Positions 23,182 through 24,000 of a stretch of DNA of 24,000 nt are shown here, in pieces. The DNA comes from Pseudomonadota bacterium (GTDB lineage: Bacteria > Pseudomonadota > Gammaproteobacteria > Halothiobacillales > Halothiobacillaceae). The notes under the pieces are model-generated. The model made no database searches, had not been told where the DNA came from, and saw only the letters and a program-made list of their open reading frames with translations. Positions within the stretch are counted from its first letter, which is position 1. Each line of letters begins with the position of its first letter. Both the position numbers and the translations under genes were made by a program. The DNA lies in the NCBI GenBank assembly GCA_040758295.1, contig JBFLVZ010000011.1, positions 13,917-37,916 on the forward strand. The letters are read 5' to 3'.

Positions 23182-24000
23182 GCTTCAGCACGCTCGCGGC
23201 GTCCTGCTGGGCCAGCTCGAAATCGTTCATGCGGCCGATGTCCAGCCAGTACTCGTGCACCGGGAACATCCGCACCTCCCGGCCCGCGGCGATCTCCGCC
23301 TTGAGGAGGTCGGGCATGTCCACGCGGGTTTCCGGCTGCATGGCGTGGACGACCTGCGGCGCGAGGACGTAGATGCCGGCGCTGACGAAAAAATGGTGCA
23401 CCGGCTTCTCGGTGATGCTGAGGATGCACTGCTCGTCGTGTTCGATGACGCCGTAGGGTACCTGGAAGTCGTACTGACGGGTGCAGACGGTGGCCGCCGG
23501 GGTGTGGCGGTCGTGGTCCTGCAGCAGGGCCTCGTAGTTCACGCGGGTCATGATGTCGCCGTTGACCACGATGATCGGGCGCTGGACCGCGTCCTTGGGC
23601 AGCAGCCCCAGGCAACCCGCCGTCCCGAGCGGGGTATCCTCGTGGATGTACTGGATGCTCACACCCCAGCGGCTGCCGTCCTGGAAGTGGTTGATGACCT
23701 GCTCGCGCAGGTAGTGGACGGAGATGTAGAAGCGGTAGAAGCCGTAGTCGACCAGATCCTGCAGGATGTGTTCGAGCATGGGCTTGCCGCCGACGGGCAG
23801 CATCGGCTTCGGGCAGGTGTCGGTCAGAGGACGCAGGCGCGTGCCGAAGCCGCCAGCCATGAGGAACACGGGATTTTCCAGCCGCGGACGCTTGAGCAGG
23901 TCGGTCAGGGTCTTGAGGCCGGCCAGCAGGCCGTGCTCGTCCACGATCGGCACCTGCAAGACCTGCGCGCTGCCGAGCAGGTGCATGGCCTGCTCCCGGC
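23174..24000 (-). CDS. CBS-domain nucleotidyltransferase, PtmE-like (legionaminic acid pathway type), 5' end truncated by window end
   Basis: NPVFLMAGGFGTRLRPLTDTCPKPMLPVGGKPMLEHIL nucleotidyltransferase core preceded by the end of a CBS-like domain (QVLQVPIVDEHGLLAGLKTLTDLL). The reading frame stays open past 23986 (REQAM...). Confidence 0.85.
   Translation of the reverse strand, partial: REQAMHLLGSAQVLQVPIVDEHGLLAGLKTLTDLLKRPRLENPVFLMAGGFGTRLRPLTDTCPKPMLPVGGKPMLEHILQDLVDYGFYRFYISVHYLREQVINHFQDGSRWGVSIQYIHEDTPLGTAGCLGLLPKDAVQRPIIVVNGDIMTRVNYEALLQDHDRHTPAATVCTRQYDFQVPYGVIEHDEQCILSITEKPVHHFFVSAGIYVLAPQVVHAMQPETRVDMPDLLKAEIAAGREVRMFPVHEYWLDIGRMNDFELAQQDAASVLKHG

Overview
GC-rich gammaproteobacterial-type chromosome segment. 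The core backbone resembles the E. coli lptE-leuS-ybeL ... lnt-corC(ybeX)-ybeY-phoH(ybeZ)-miaB neighbourhood: lptE (partial), leuS and a YbeL/DUF1451-like zinc-ribbon gene on one side, and lnt, corC, ybeY, phoH and miaB on the other. Between the two halves sits a compact plus-strand operon (4036-8815). It encodes a TonB-dependent receptor, a DUF4198-like periplasmic protein with a C-terminal TM helix, a NapH/FtrD-like membrane polyferredoxin and a DsbD/TauE-SafE-like membrane protein. It is preceded by paired TATGGTC/GACCATA palindromes and by a strong hairpin that buries the Shine-Dalgarno sequence of the receptor gene. This operon is the best candidate for an under-described system. Downstream come a ComEA-like HhH protein, glmS and galE. 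A mobile-element-rich polysaccharide/nonulosonate region follows: an intact IS3-family element, an undecaprenyl-phosphate sugar transferase, an IS3-family remnant next to an intact IS5-like element, a CMP-nonulosonate cytidylyltransferase and a PtmE-like CBS/nucleotidyltransferase running off the end. Several palindromic repeats are visible, one of them inserted in frame inside leuS. No tRNA, rRNA or CRISPR array was seen.
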